Shown: piece by piece, positions 1 through 8,850 of the stretch | Layout of the letters: each line of letters starts with the position of its first letter | Position numbering within the stretch: position 1 is the first letter of the stretch | Assembly (NCBI GenBank): GCA_050696955.1 | Contig: JBOGYT010000037.1 | Coordinates: forward strand, 1-44,287 | Length of the DNA stretch: 44,287 bases | Origin: Solirubrobacteraceae bacterium | GTDB lineage: Bacteria; Actinomycetota; Thermoleophilia; Solirubrobacterales; Solirubrobacteraceae | Reading direction: 5' to 3' | Position numbers and translations under genes: made by a program | The notes under the pieces: generated by a model | Seen by the model: only the letters and a program-made list of their open reading frames with translations | What the model was told of the DNA's origin: nothing | Database searches by the model: none

Positions 1-720
<720 letters not shown>

Positions 721-884
721 CTAGTGCTTCTCCTCGTGACGTCGCGCGTGATCCGACGGGATGCCGGCGCCGCTGGGCAAGGACGCAGGGAGGGCGCAAT
801 GGCCAAGCCATTGCCCCGACTGAGGACGCCGCCCAGCGGTGATCGGCGTCCGTCGGATCACGTGGGATGTTGCGAGGCGAAGCA

Positions 885-1709
885 CTACTCACCGTCTTTC
901 GGCGTCAGCGTGATCGAGAGGTGGCTCGTGCGCTTGCGGATCTGCGTCGCGCGACCCATGGCGCGCGGGCGGAAGCGCTTCAGCGTCGGCCCCTCGTCGG
1001 CCTTGACCGCGTGGATGCGCAGCTCGTCGCCGACCAGTTCGTGATTGTGCTCGGCGTTGGCGACCGCCGATTCCAAGAGCTTCATCCAGTCGCGCGCGAC
1101 GTCGCGGTTGGCGTGGGCGAGGATCGCGCGCGCCTCCTCGACGGACTTGCCGCGGATGTGGTCGCAGACGAGCCGCGCCTTGCGCGCGGACGTGCGCACG
1201 TACTTCGCGTGCGCGCGGACCATCGGCGGCCCACTGTTCGCGTCGCGTGCGGCGCGTTTCGGCGCAGGCGCCGGCTCGGCCGGCTTGTCGTCGGCCTTCG
1301 CGCGGCGCGTGCGGCGCGGCTTGGGTGCCTCCTCGGCGGGCTGAGCCTCAACCTCCGGCTCGGCCTCGGCCTGCGGCTCGGGCGTGGCCTCGGGCTCGGC
1401 CTCGGGCGTGGCCTCGGGCGCGGCCTCGGGCATGTCCGCCACGGCCTCTGTGACGTCCTCGTCCTCGGCATCGGCGACGATCTCGGGCGCGTCGGCCTCG
1501 GCCGTGGCCTCGGGAGCGTCGGCCTTCGCGGCACGACGGCGGCGCGGCACCTTGGCCGCCTTTTCCTCGGCGCCCGCAGCCTTGGCGTCCGGCCTGGCCT
1601 TGCGACGCGTGCGCTTGGGCTTCTCCTCGCTCGCGTCCGTCGGCTCGCCCTCGACCTTCTCGGGGTCGCGATCGGACTTCGATCGCGGTTTGCGCGGCGA
1701 CGGGCTCAC
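885..1709 (-). CDS. rplV: 50S ribosomal protein L22 with a probable 162-aa low-complexity N-terminal extension (conserved core 885..1223)
   Basis: The C-terminal 112 aa ([31 protein letters not shown]...[15 protein letters not shown]) is canonical L22. The same frame is open upstream to a GTG at 1709 that overlaps the rpsS stop (GTGA). The extension keeps a strong G/C third-position bias and is rich in A/E/P/K. Confidence 0.75.
   Translation of the reverse strand: MSPSPRKPRSKSDRDPEKVEGEPTDASEEKPKRTRRKARPDAKAAGAEEKAAKVPRRRRAAKADAPEATAEADAPEIVADAEDEDVTEAVADMPEAAPEATPEAEPEATPEPQAEAEPEVEAQPAEEAPKPRRTRRAKADDKPAEPAPAPKRAARDANSGPPMVRAHAKYVRTSARKARLVCDHIRGKSVEEARAILAHANRDVARDWMKLLESAVANAEHNHELVGDELRIHAVKADEGPTLKRFRPRAMGRATQIRKRTSHLSITLTPKDGE
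1381..1428 (-). repeat. Two tandem 24-nt units (23/24 identical) inside the L22 extension, encoding PEA/TPEAE-type repeats
   Basis: ggcgtggcctcgggctcggcctcg at 1381-1404 is followed by ggcgtggcctcgggcgcggcctcg at 1405-1428. Confidence 0.8.
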
Positions 1710-1981
1710 GAGCGGACCTTCCCCGAGCCGGCGTGGCCGCGGTACAGCCGCGTCGGCGCAAACTCGCCGAGCTTGTGTCCGACCATCGACTCCGAGACGA
1801 AAACCGGGACGTGCTTGCGCCCGTCGTGAACGGCGATCGTGTGGCCGACCATCTCCGGGAAGATCGTCGACGCGCGCGACCACGTCTTGACCATCTGCTT
1901 CGTGTTCGCCGTGTTCATGGCCTCGATACGCGCCATCAGGCGCTCCTCGACCCACGGGCCCTTCTTCGATGACCTACTCAA
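1706..1981 (-). CDS. rpsS: 30S ribosomal protein S19
   Basis: The 91-aa translation [16 protein letters not shown]...[16 protein letters not shown] is canonical S19. The gene overlaps the rplB stop. Confidence 0.97.
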   Translation of the reverse strand: MSRSSKKGPWVEERLMARIEAMNTANTKQMVKTWSRASTIFPEMVGHTIAVHDGRKHVPVFVSESMVGHKLGEFAPTRLYRGHAGSGKVRS

Positions 1982-2817
1982 CGCTTCTTACCTCGCTTAC
2001 GACCGCGGACGATGTAGCGGTCTGAGTCCTTGTTCTTCTTGCGCGTGCGGTAGCCCAGGGTAGGCACTCCCCACGGGGTCACCGGGTGACGGCCGGGCGT
2101 CGTGGAGCCCTCGCCGCCGCCGTGCGGGTGATCGACGGGGTTCATCGCCGTGCCGCGCGTCTGCGGGCGCACGCCCATGTGGCGCTTGCGTCCGGCCTTG
2201 CCGATCTTGACGTTCTGGTGGTCGGCGTTGCCGATCGTGCCGATCGTGCCGCGGCACTCGTCGCGCACGAGGCGCGTCTCACCCGAAGGCAGGCGCAGCG
2301 TCGCCATGCCGCCGTCGCGCGCCATGAGCTGGATGCCAGTGCCGGCGGAGCGGCCGAGCTGGCCGCCGCGGCCGGGCTGCAGCTCGACGTTGTGGATGAC
2401 CGTGCCGATCGGGATGCGGCGCAGCGGAAGGGCGTTGCCGACGGAGATGTCGGCTTCCTCGCCTGAGGCAACGGTCATGCCGACGTGCAGCCGGCCCGGC
2501 GCCAGGATGTAGGCCTTCTCGCCGTCGACGTAGTGCAGCAGCGCGATGTACGCCGAGCGGTTCGGGTCGTACTCGATCGCCGCGACCTTCGCCGGCACGC
2601 CGTCCTTGCGGCGCTTGAAGTCGATCTTGCGGTACAGGCGCTTGGCGCCGCCGCCGCGGTGGCGCGAGGTCTTGCGCCCCCGGGCGTTGCGCCCGCCGGA
2701 CTTCGTCAACCCCTCGACGAGCGTCTTCTCGGGCTCGTCTTTCGTGATCTCCGCGAAGTCCGGGTACGTCGAGAAGCGGCGGCCGGGACTCGTGGGCTTG
2801 GGCTTGCGAATGGCCAT
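1978..2817 (-). CDS. rplB: 50S ribosomal protein L2
   Basis: 279 aa, [15 protein letters not shown]...[10 protein letters not shown] motif, correct operon position. Confidence 0.98.
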   Translation of the reverse strand: MAIRKPKPTSPGRRFSTYPDFAEITKDEPEKTLVEGLTKSGGRNARGRKTSRHRGGGAKRLYRKIDFKRRKDGVPAKVAAIEYDPNRSAYIALLHYVDGEKAYILAPGRLHVGMTVASGEEADISVGNALPLRRIPIGTVIHNVELQPGRGGQLGRSAGTGIQLMARDGGMATLRLPSGETRLVRDECRGTIGTIGNADHQNVKIGKAGRKRHMGVRPQTRGTAMNPVDHPHGGGEGSTTPGRHPVTPWGVPTLGYRTRKKNKDSDRYIVRGRKRGKKR

Positions 2818-2842
2818 CAGCGCGTCTCCTCGTGACGTCGCA

Positions 2843-3139
2843 TCATTCGAGCGCCTCCAGACCCTGGAAGATCGGGATCGAGTCGCCCTCGCGCACCTCG
2901 ACGATGGCCTTCTTCCACGAGCGCGTGCGCCCGCGGATCATGCCGCGCCGCTTGGGCTTTGACTTCACGCTGATCGTGTGGACGCCGATCACGCTGACGT
3001 CGAAGAGCGCCTCGACGGCCTGGCGGATCTGCGTCTTGTGCGCGTCGGGGTGAACCCGGAACGTGTACTTGTTCGCCGTCGCGAGCACGTAGGACTTCTC
3101 CGAGACGACGGGGCGGATGACGACCTGGCTGTGATCCAT
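2843..3139 (-). CDS. rplW: 50S ribosomal protein L23
   Basis: 98 aa, [11 protein letters not shown]...[17 protein letters not shown], typical L23. The start abuts the rplD stop. Confidence 0.95.
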   Translation of the reverse strand: MDHSQVVIRPVVSEKSYVLATANKYTFRVHPDAHKTQIRQAVEALFDVSVIGVHTISVKSKPKRRGMIRGRTRSWKKAIVEVREGDSIPIFQGLEALE

Positions 3140-3793
3140 TTACCCGTCGCCCTCCGGTGTGGCGTCGGCCGCGCCGTTCTCGCCCTTGGCACGCGCGGTC
3201 AGCGCATCGAGCGCCTCCTGCGTGCAGACGACGGAGCCCGCTCCGATGAGGTCGGCGATCCCGACCATCGAGACCGGCAGGACGCTCACGCGGTCGAGGT
3301 TGCGAAACGACAGCGACACGCGCTCCTGCTCGTCGGTGAGCACGACGAGCGTCGGGCCCGCGAGCTTCGCGGAGGCCAGCAGCTCGGCGGCCTGCTTCGT
3401 CGACGGGGTGCCGAAGGGCTTGGGATCGAGGATCGCGATCGAGCTGCGGCGGGCGTGGACGGTCAGCGCGCTGCGCAGCGCCGCGCGGCGCTCCTTGCGG
3501 TTGACCTTGAAGGTGTAGCGGCGCGGCGAGGGGCCGAAGATCGTGCCGCCGCCGGTCCAGATCGGGGAGCGGATCGAGCCGGCGCGGGCACGGCCGGTGC
3601 CCTTCTGGCGCCACGGCTTGGCGCCGCCGCCGCGGACGTTGCCGCGCGTCTTCGTCGCGTGCGTGCCCTGGCGGCGTGCGGCGAGCTCCGCGCGCACCGA
3701 CTCGTGCACGAGCGCCTCGTTGAACGGTGCGCCGAACGCGACGTCGTCGAGCTTGGCCTTCTTCGAGTCTCCGAGAATCGGTGCCTCAGGCAT
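3140..3793 (-). CDS. rplD: 50S ribosomal protein L4 (start trimmed to the ATG at 3793)
   Basis: The track ORF 3140..3886 overlaps rplC. The internal ATG at 3793 ([17 protein letters not shown]...) lies just after the rplC stop at 3786-3788. [15 protein letters not shown] motif present. Confidence 0.93.
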   Translation of the reverse strand: MPEAPILGDSKKAKLDDVAFGAPFNEALVHESVRAELAARRQGTHATKTRGNVRGGGAKPWRQKGTGRARAGSIRSPIWTGGGTIFGPSPRRYTFKVNRKERRAALRSALTVHARRSSIAILDPKPFGTPSTKQAAELLASAKLAGPTLVVLTDEQERVSLSFRNLDRVSVLPVSMVGIADLIGAGSVVCTQEALDALTARAKGENGAADATPEGDG

Positions 3794-4403
3794 CCGTGCG
3801 GACCTCCACGTAGCCGTTGCGCGGACCGGGAACCGAGCCGCGCACGAGCATGAGGTTGTCGGCCGGATCGAGCCGCACGATCTCAAGGCCCTTCTGCGTC
3901 ACGCGCTTGTTGCCCATCTGGCCCGGACCGCGGATGCCCTTGAACACGCGCGAGGGCGTCGCCGACGCACCGATCGAGCCCGGCGCGCGGACGTTGTGCG
4001 AGCCGTGCGACTTCGGGCCGCTGGCGTAGTTGTGGCGCTTGATCGTGCCCTGAAAGCCCTTGCCCTTCGAGACGCCCGAGACCTTCACGGTCTGGCCGAC
4101 CTCGAACACCTCGACCGTGACGGAGTCGCCGATCTGCCACTCGCCGGCCTCGTCGCGGAACTCCTTGACGTGGCGCATGGGCGCCGCGCCGGCCTTCTTG
4201 AGGTGGCCGAGCTCGGGCTTGGAGAGGTGCTTCTCCTTCGAGGCCCCGAACGCGAGCTGGACGGCCTCGTAGCCGTCGCGGTCGAACGTGCGGATCCCGG
4301 TGACCGGACACGGCCCGGCCTCGAGCACGGTGACGCGCTCGACCTTGCCGTCCTCCATGAACAGCTGGGTCATCCCGAGCTTCTTGGCAAGGATCGCGGG
4401 CAT
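3786..4403 (-). CDS. rplC: 50S ribosomal protein L3
   Basis: 205 aa, [15 protein letters not shown]...[12 protein letters not shown]..., canonical L3. Confidence 0.97.
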   Translation of the reverse strand: MPAILAKKLGMTQLFMEDGKVERVTVLEAGPCPVTGIRTFDRDGYEAVQLAFGASKEKHLSKPELGHLKKAGAAPMRHVKEFRDEAGEWQIGDSVTVEVFEVGQTVKVSGVSKGKGFQGTIKRHNYASGPKSHGSHNVRAPGSIGASATPSRVFKGIRGPGQMGNKRVTQKGLEIVRLDPADNLMLVRGSVPGPRNGYVEVRTDA

Positions 4404-4594
4404 TCAGATGTTCGCCGCCTGGCCCGCGTGCGTGCGGGGTCGTGCAGGATCGAGCCGGTCGGGCGACGTGGACGACGTCGATGCTGATTGCATCGACGAG
4501 GACACGGCGGCCGATTCGGCGAAGGTCATGCGCCACCAACAGCTTCGCTGTCGGTGCCGCCGTGCGTGCGTGGGTCGGGCGGCGGACATCTGGG
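4404..4594 (-). promoter_or_regulatory. Unusually long, highly structured rpsJ-rplC intercistronic spacer; a 15-bp long-range helix bridges the rpsJ stop region and the rplC initiation region
   Basis: Plus-strand CAGATGTTCGCCGCC (4405-4419) and GGCGGCGGACATCTG (4577-4591) are inverted repeats, 14/15 complementary. Internal hairpins read on the minus strand: CACCGACAGC-GAA-GCUGUUGGUG and GUCGAUGC-AAUCA-GCAUCGAC. The 3' arm ends 1 nt before the TGA-ATG junction at the rplC start. Confidence 0.55.
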
Positions 4595-4921
4595 CTAGGT
4601 CGCGAGGCGGATCTCGATATCCACGCCCGCCGGCAGGTGGTCGAGTCGCTGGAGCGAGTCGACGGTCTTCGGCGTCGGCTGGTGGATGTCGATCAGGCGC
4701 TTGTGCGTGCGGATCTCGAAGTGCTCGCGGGAGTCCTTGTCCTTGAACGGCGAGCGGATCACGCAGTAGACGTTCTTCTCCGTCGGCAGGGGAACGGGTC
4801 CCGAGACGCTCGCGCCGGTGCGCGTCGCCGTTTCGACGATCTCCTTGGCCGCCGTCTCGATGGCCGAGTGGTCATAGGCCTTGAGGCGGATGCGGATCTT
4901 GTTCTCTGTGGTGGTGGCCAT
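4595..4921 (-). CDS. rpsJ: 30S ribosomal protein S10
   Basis: 108 aa, [11 protein letters not shown]...[11 protein letters not shown], canonical S10. Confidence 0.97.
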   Translation of the reverse strand: MATTTENKIRIRLKAYDHSAIETAAKEIVETATRTGASVSGPVPLPTEKNVYCVIRSPFKDKDSREHFEIRTHKRLIDIHQPTPKTVDSLQRLDHLPAGVDIEIRLAT

Positions 4922-4945
4922 GGTGGCTGGTGCGCGTGTCGGGCG

Positions 4946-4990
4946 TAAGAAGAGGCGGGTCCCGGGAATCCATCCCCGCCTACCCGCCTC
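4946..4990 (-). terminator. Hairpin plus interrupted U-run between tuf and rpsJ (partial terminator or attenuator)
   Basis: On the minus strand, GAGGCGGGU...ACCCGCCUC forms a 9-bp stem (plus 4952-4960 / 4982-4990) followed by UUCUU. Confidence 0.4.
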
Positions 4991-5019
4991 CTCGACGCTC
5001 CTCGAGTCTCAGGCGCTCC

Positions 5020-6204
<1,185 letters not shown>

Positions 6205-6449
6205 TGCGATTCGCTCCTCTGGGTCTGCGGTGAACTGGTTGAAACTATCGGATTGGCGGGGTTCGGGGCCTGTCAGCGAGGCCCCGGGCTGTGAGCAACA
6301 AAAACGGGCCCCTGGGGCCCGCGCGCACGTCCGCTTACTGCCGGTCCGTCGCGCTATGTGCTCAAGGTCCTCATCGTGAGACGTCTGCCGCCCTCAGGAT
6401 GCGCATGCGTGAGCGTGCTTCGCCCGGGAGCGGCGGCCGATGATAGCAA
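6205..6449 (-). promoter_or_regulatory. tuf promoter plus structured leader (copy A of a duplicated leader shared with fusA)
   Basis: On the minus strand there is an extended -10 TGCTATCAT (plus 6440-6448). The conserved core at 6292-6380 matches 16136-16228 at nearly every position. The core contains helix UGAGCA/UGCUCA, a GC hairpin and the hairpin CGGGCCCC-A-GGGGCCCG followed by UUUUUGU. Confidence 0.6.
6294..6321 (-). terminator. Intrinsic-terminator-like hairpin inside the tuf leader
   Basis: Minus-strand CGGGCCCCAGGGGCCCG followed by TTTTTGTTG (plus 6305-6321 stem, 6296-6304 A-run). Confidence 0.55.
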
Positions 6450-6991
6450 GCCGGATTGTGCCGTCCGCCCCGGGTGCCGGGCCGATCAGCCGTTCCGTGC
6501 AGCTCGTCGAGCTCGGCGAGGTCGACGAGGTCGCGCGGCCGGCCGGCGGCGCGCTTCATCGCCCGCAGGTGCGCGAGCGAGCACACCGGGCGCGAGCGCG
6601 TCGGACGAGATCCGCACGAGGATCCGCGCGGCACGAGCGCGTCGAACGGCGGCACGCCGGGCAGCCGGTTGAGCACCTGCACGTCCCCGTGAACGGGTGC
6701 GCAGCGCCTTACCGAGTCCCGAAGCTCACGGACCGCTGCCTCTCCCCGCTCGGTCAGATGAACGAGCGTCGCCCGCCGGTCGGATGGGTCCGGGTGCCGC
6801 TCCAGATACCCCTTCCCCTCGAGCTCGCGGATCAGATAGGTGATCGCCTGACGGCTCATCCCGGCACGCTCAGCGAGCGTCGTGACCCGCACTCCACCCT
6901 GCCAGCAGACGCCTGCTTTCCATGCGATCAGCAGTCTCCGAGCGGACCGCTCGGAGTGTTGCCACGCGCGAGAGCGAGCGTCGTGGGACAC
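6371..6991 (-). pseudogene. Chimeric ORF: MarR-type wHTH segment fused to the C-terminal remnant of a nucleotidyltransferase-like protein
   Basis: Residues ~35-95 read VTTLAERAGMSRQAITYLIRELEGKGYLERHPDPSDRRATLVHLTERGEAAV, a MarR wHTH, but the MarR C-terminal helices are missing. Residues ~100-165 read ...LNRLPGVPPFDALV...SLAHLRAMKRAAGRPRDLVDLAELDEL, which resembles nucleotidyltransferase/AbiEii-like C-termini. The 3' end overlaps the tuf leader. Confidence 0.45.
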
Positions 6992-7055
6992 GCGCGACGA
7001 GGGAGCACTCCATCAAGGTGTCGCACCGCACCTAGCGCGGTGCTACACTCGTCGG

Positions 7056-7313
7056 GTGCCCACGACCCGTCCCCGCTACACCGTGACCGATACCGGGCAG
7101 ACGGCCGAGCTGCTGGACCTGGCCCAGCAAGCATGGCCGGAGATCACCGATCGGCGCAAGCTCCTGCTGCGTCTCACGCAAGCCGGCGGCCGGGCCCTGC
7201 AGCGCGAACTCGCTGAGCAGACCACACGACGCGAACGCCAACGGGTCGGCCTCCAGCGAGCGGCGCAGCTCGTCGATATCGACGCGCTCACCGGCGACGG
7301 CGCGTGGCGCTGA
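7056..7313 (+). CDS. vapB: Type II antitoxin, VapB-like (probably leaderless, GTG start)
   Basis: An 85-aa ORF overlaps the downstream PIN gene by 10 nt. TGCTACACT (7041-7049) ends 6 nt before the GTG at 7056. Confidence 0.7.
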   Translation: MPTTRPRYTVTDTGQTAELLDLAQQAWPEITDRRKLLLRLTQAGGRALQRELAEQTTRRERQRVGLQRAAQLVDIDALTGDGAWR

Positions 7314-7672
7314 TCCTGCTCGACAAGTCCGCCTGGGTGCGAGGCGGCGCCGACCTCGTCGACTATGGCGAGCTGTGCATGTGCGCGATCACGAGGATGG
7401 AGATCCTCTACAGCGCACGCTCGGCCGACGACTTCACGACCTTGCAGCACGACCTGGACGCCTACCGCGATCTGCGCATCGATCACACGACCATCTCGGG
7501 CGCCGAAGCCGCGCAGCGTGAGCTGGCGGCGAGCGGGCAGCATCGCGCCGCACTGCCCGATCTGATCATCGGCGCATGCGCTCAACAGCACGGGGCAGAC
7601 GTCCTGCACGTCGACCGCCACTTCCACCTTCTCGCCGAGACGTTCGGCTTCCGCAGCATCCGGCTGCGGTAG
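7304..7672 (+). CDS. vapC: PIN-domain ribonuclease toxin VapC
   Basis: 122 aa with the acidic PIN residues in the expected order: LLDKS, TRMEILY, LPDLIIGACA, HVDRHF. Confidence 0.85.
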   Translation: MALILLDKSAWVRGGADLVDYGELCMCAITRMEILYSARSADDFTTLQHDLDAYRDLRIDHTTISGAEAAQRELAASGQHRAALPDLIIGACAQQHGADVLHVDRHFHLLAETFGFRSIRLR

Positions 7673-8239
7673 CGCAAGGCGGGAGGCTGCTCACTCGCGC
7701 GAATCGGAGCAGTTCGGAGGCGAGACTGTACCCATATCCCGCTTCGTCACCGTCCGGATAACGAGTCTCCCGCTGTCGCCTTGCGCGAGAACCAGCAGCG
7801 AAACCGGGCATCTGCGCGCAGCCAGCGCCGACCGGAGCTCGGCTATCGGGCGAGCGGATCGCCTTCATGTCGGCACCGGCGCGCGCCGAACTGCTTCATC
7901 GCGATGCCGCTGTTCTTAGCCCACCAGTAACGTCCATTGGCGGCGCCGTGAACGACGATTGTCCTCGAAGCCGGCGCGGTCGACGAGTGGGCAGTCCCGA
8001 TGGTGTACGACCGGGGTCGCGCGAGCCGAGTCCGTGATGACGATGCAACCGTGCGCCGCGCCTCGCCAGCAATCGAACGCGCGGACATCCAGAAGTTCAA
8101 CCAGCTCGGGAGCGGCGTTGATGCGAAAGCGGGAGTGGGGAGCCGTGCTGAGAGTCGCCGGTGCGGCGTCTGGGCTGCGAGCGATTGACGAACGCGTCGG
8201 GCGGCGGGAGTATCGGTCTAGGCAACAGAGGAGGCGACG

Positions 8240-8845
8240 ATGTCTTGGAGCGTGCGAGGTCGGTATTTCGAGAACTGCACCTGCGATGTCCCTTGTCCAT
8301 GCACCGCGTCGCTGTCGCTGGGAGCCGACTACGACCGCTGTCAGGTCGTGCTTGTCTTCCATGTTGACGCGGGCGACGTCGACGGCGTCGACGTGAGCGG
8401 GCTCACGGTGGCCGCGGTGGGTGACACGCCCAAGGTCATGACCGACGGCGACTGGCGCCTGGGCGTGCTGATCGACGCGGCCGCGACAGACGAGCAGGCA
8501 GACAAGCTCGGCGGCGTGTTCAGCGGGGCGCTGGGAGGCCCGATGGCGGCCCTCGCGCCGCTGATCGGCGAGAACCTCGGCGTCGAGCGCGTGGCTATGG
8601 AGTTCTCTTCCGAGGGCGGGCGGCACAGCGTGAGCCTGGGCGACAAGGGCAACGTCGAGGTCGAGGACGTGGTCCCCTTCGGCATCGAGACCGGCGAGCC
8701 GGCGCGCATCGTCGGAATCTTCCACCCGGTCGGAAGCGAGCTGACGATCAGCAAGGCCGGCGACTCGCAGATCAGCGCCTTCGGTCTGGAGCCCGTCCTG
8801 GCCGGCCAGTCCGGCTTCTCGACCACGTTCGCCTGGTCGGCCTGA
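8240..8845 (+). CDS. DUF1326 family protein (Cys-rich N-terminus)
   Basis: The N-terminus MSWSVRGRYFENCTCDVPCPCTAS is the hallmark of DUF1326. An SD GAGGAGG lies upstream. Confidence 0.8.
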   Translation: MSWSVRGRYFENCTCDVPCPCTASLSLGADYDRCQVVLVFHVDAGDVDGVDVSGLTVAAVGDTPKVMTDGDWRLGVLIDAAATDEQADKLGGVFSGALGGPMAALAPLIGENLGVERVAMEFSSEGGRHSVSLGDKGNVEVEDVVPFGIETGEPARIVGIFHPVGSELTISKAGDSQISAFGLEPVLAGQSGFSTTFAWSA

Positions 8846-8850
8846 CGGCG

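Noticed and set aside
1345-1432. Short GC-rich tandem repeats (ggcctcgg-type units), considered as a CRISPR-like or VNTR locus.
   Set aside because: They are in frame within the L22 extension and encode PEA/TPEAE low-complexity repeats. There is no spacer-repeat organisation.
4404-4589. A 61-codon ORF exactly filling the rpsJ-rplC spacer, considered as a real extra small ribosomal-operon protein.
   Set aside because: Not called as a CDS. Its G/C third-position bias is clearly weaker than in the flanking r-protein genes. It uses several rare codons (cga, gca, tca, caa, tgt). It has no family resemblance, and the same DNA forms extensive RNA structure. It is kept as an alternative in the finding.
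6322-6358. Resemblance of the P2 region (CCGGACG, CAAGAC, GC-rich pairing) to guanidine-III (ykkC-III) riboswitches.
   Set aside because: The order of the elements differs from the ykkC-III pseudoknot as I recall it. The gene context (tuf, fusA) is unrelated to guanidine exporters. I cannot verify this without a covariance-model scan.
6345-6376. A conserved 6-codon mini-ORF (ATG..AGC ACA TAG) in both tuf and fusA leaders, considered as a leader peptide for attenuation.
   Set aside because: No SD precedes either copy. The conserved part (GAGCACATAG) is better explained as the 5' strand of helix P1. The coincidence of frame is noted but is insufficient to call a CDS.
7843-8140. A possible small Cys/His-rich minus-strand gene split over two frames (…CIVITDSARATPVVHHRDCPLVDRAGFED / TIVVHGAANGRYWWAKNSGIAMKQFGARRCRH…).
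   Set aside because: Only a vague resemblance to small HxxxC...C zinc-ribbon-like proteins. It would need a frameshift and has no clear start or SD. I cannot support a call from sequence alone.
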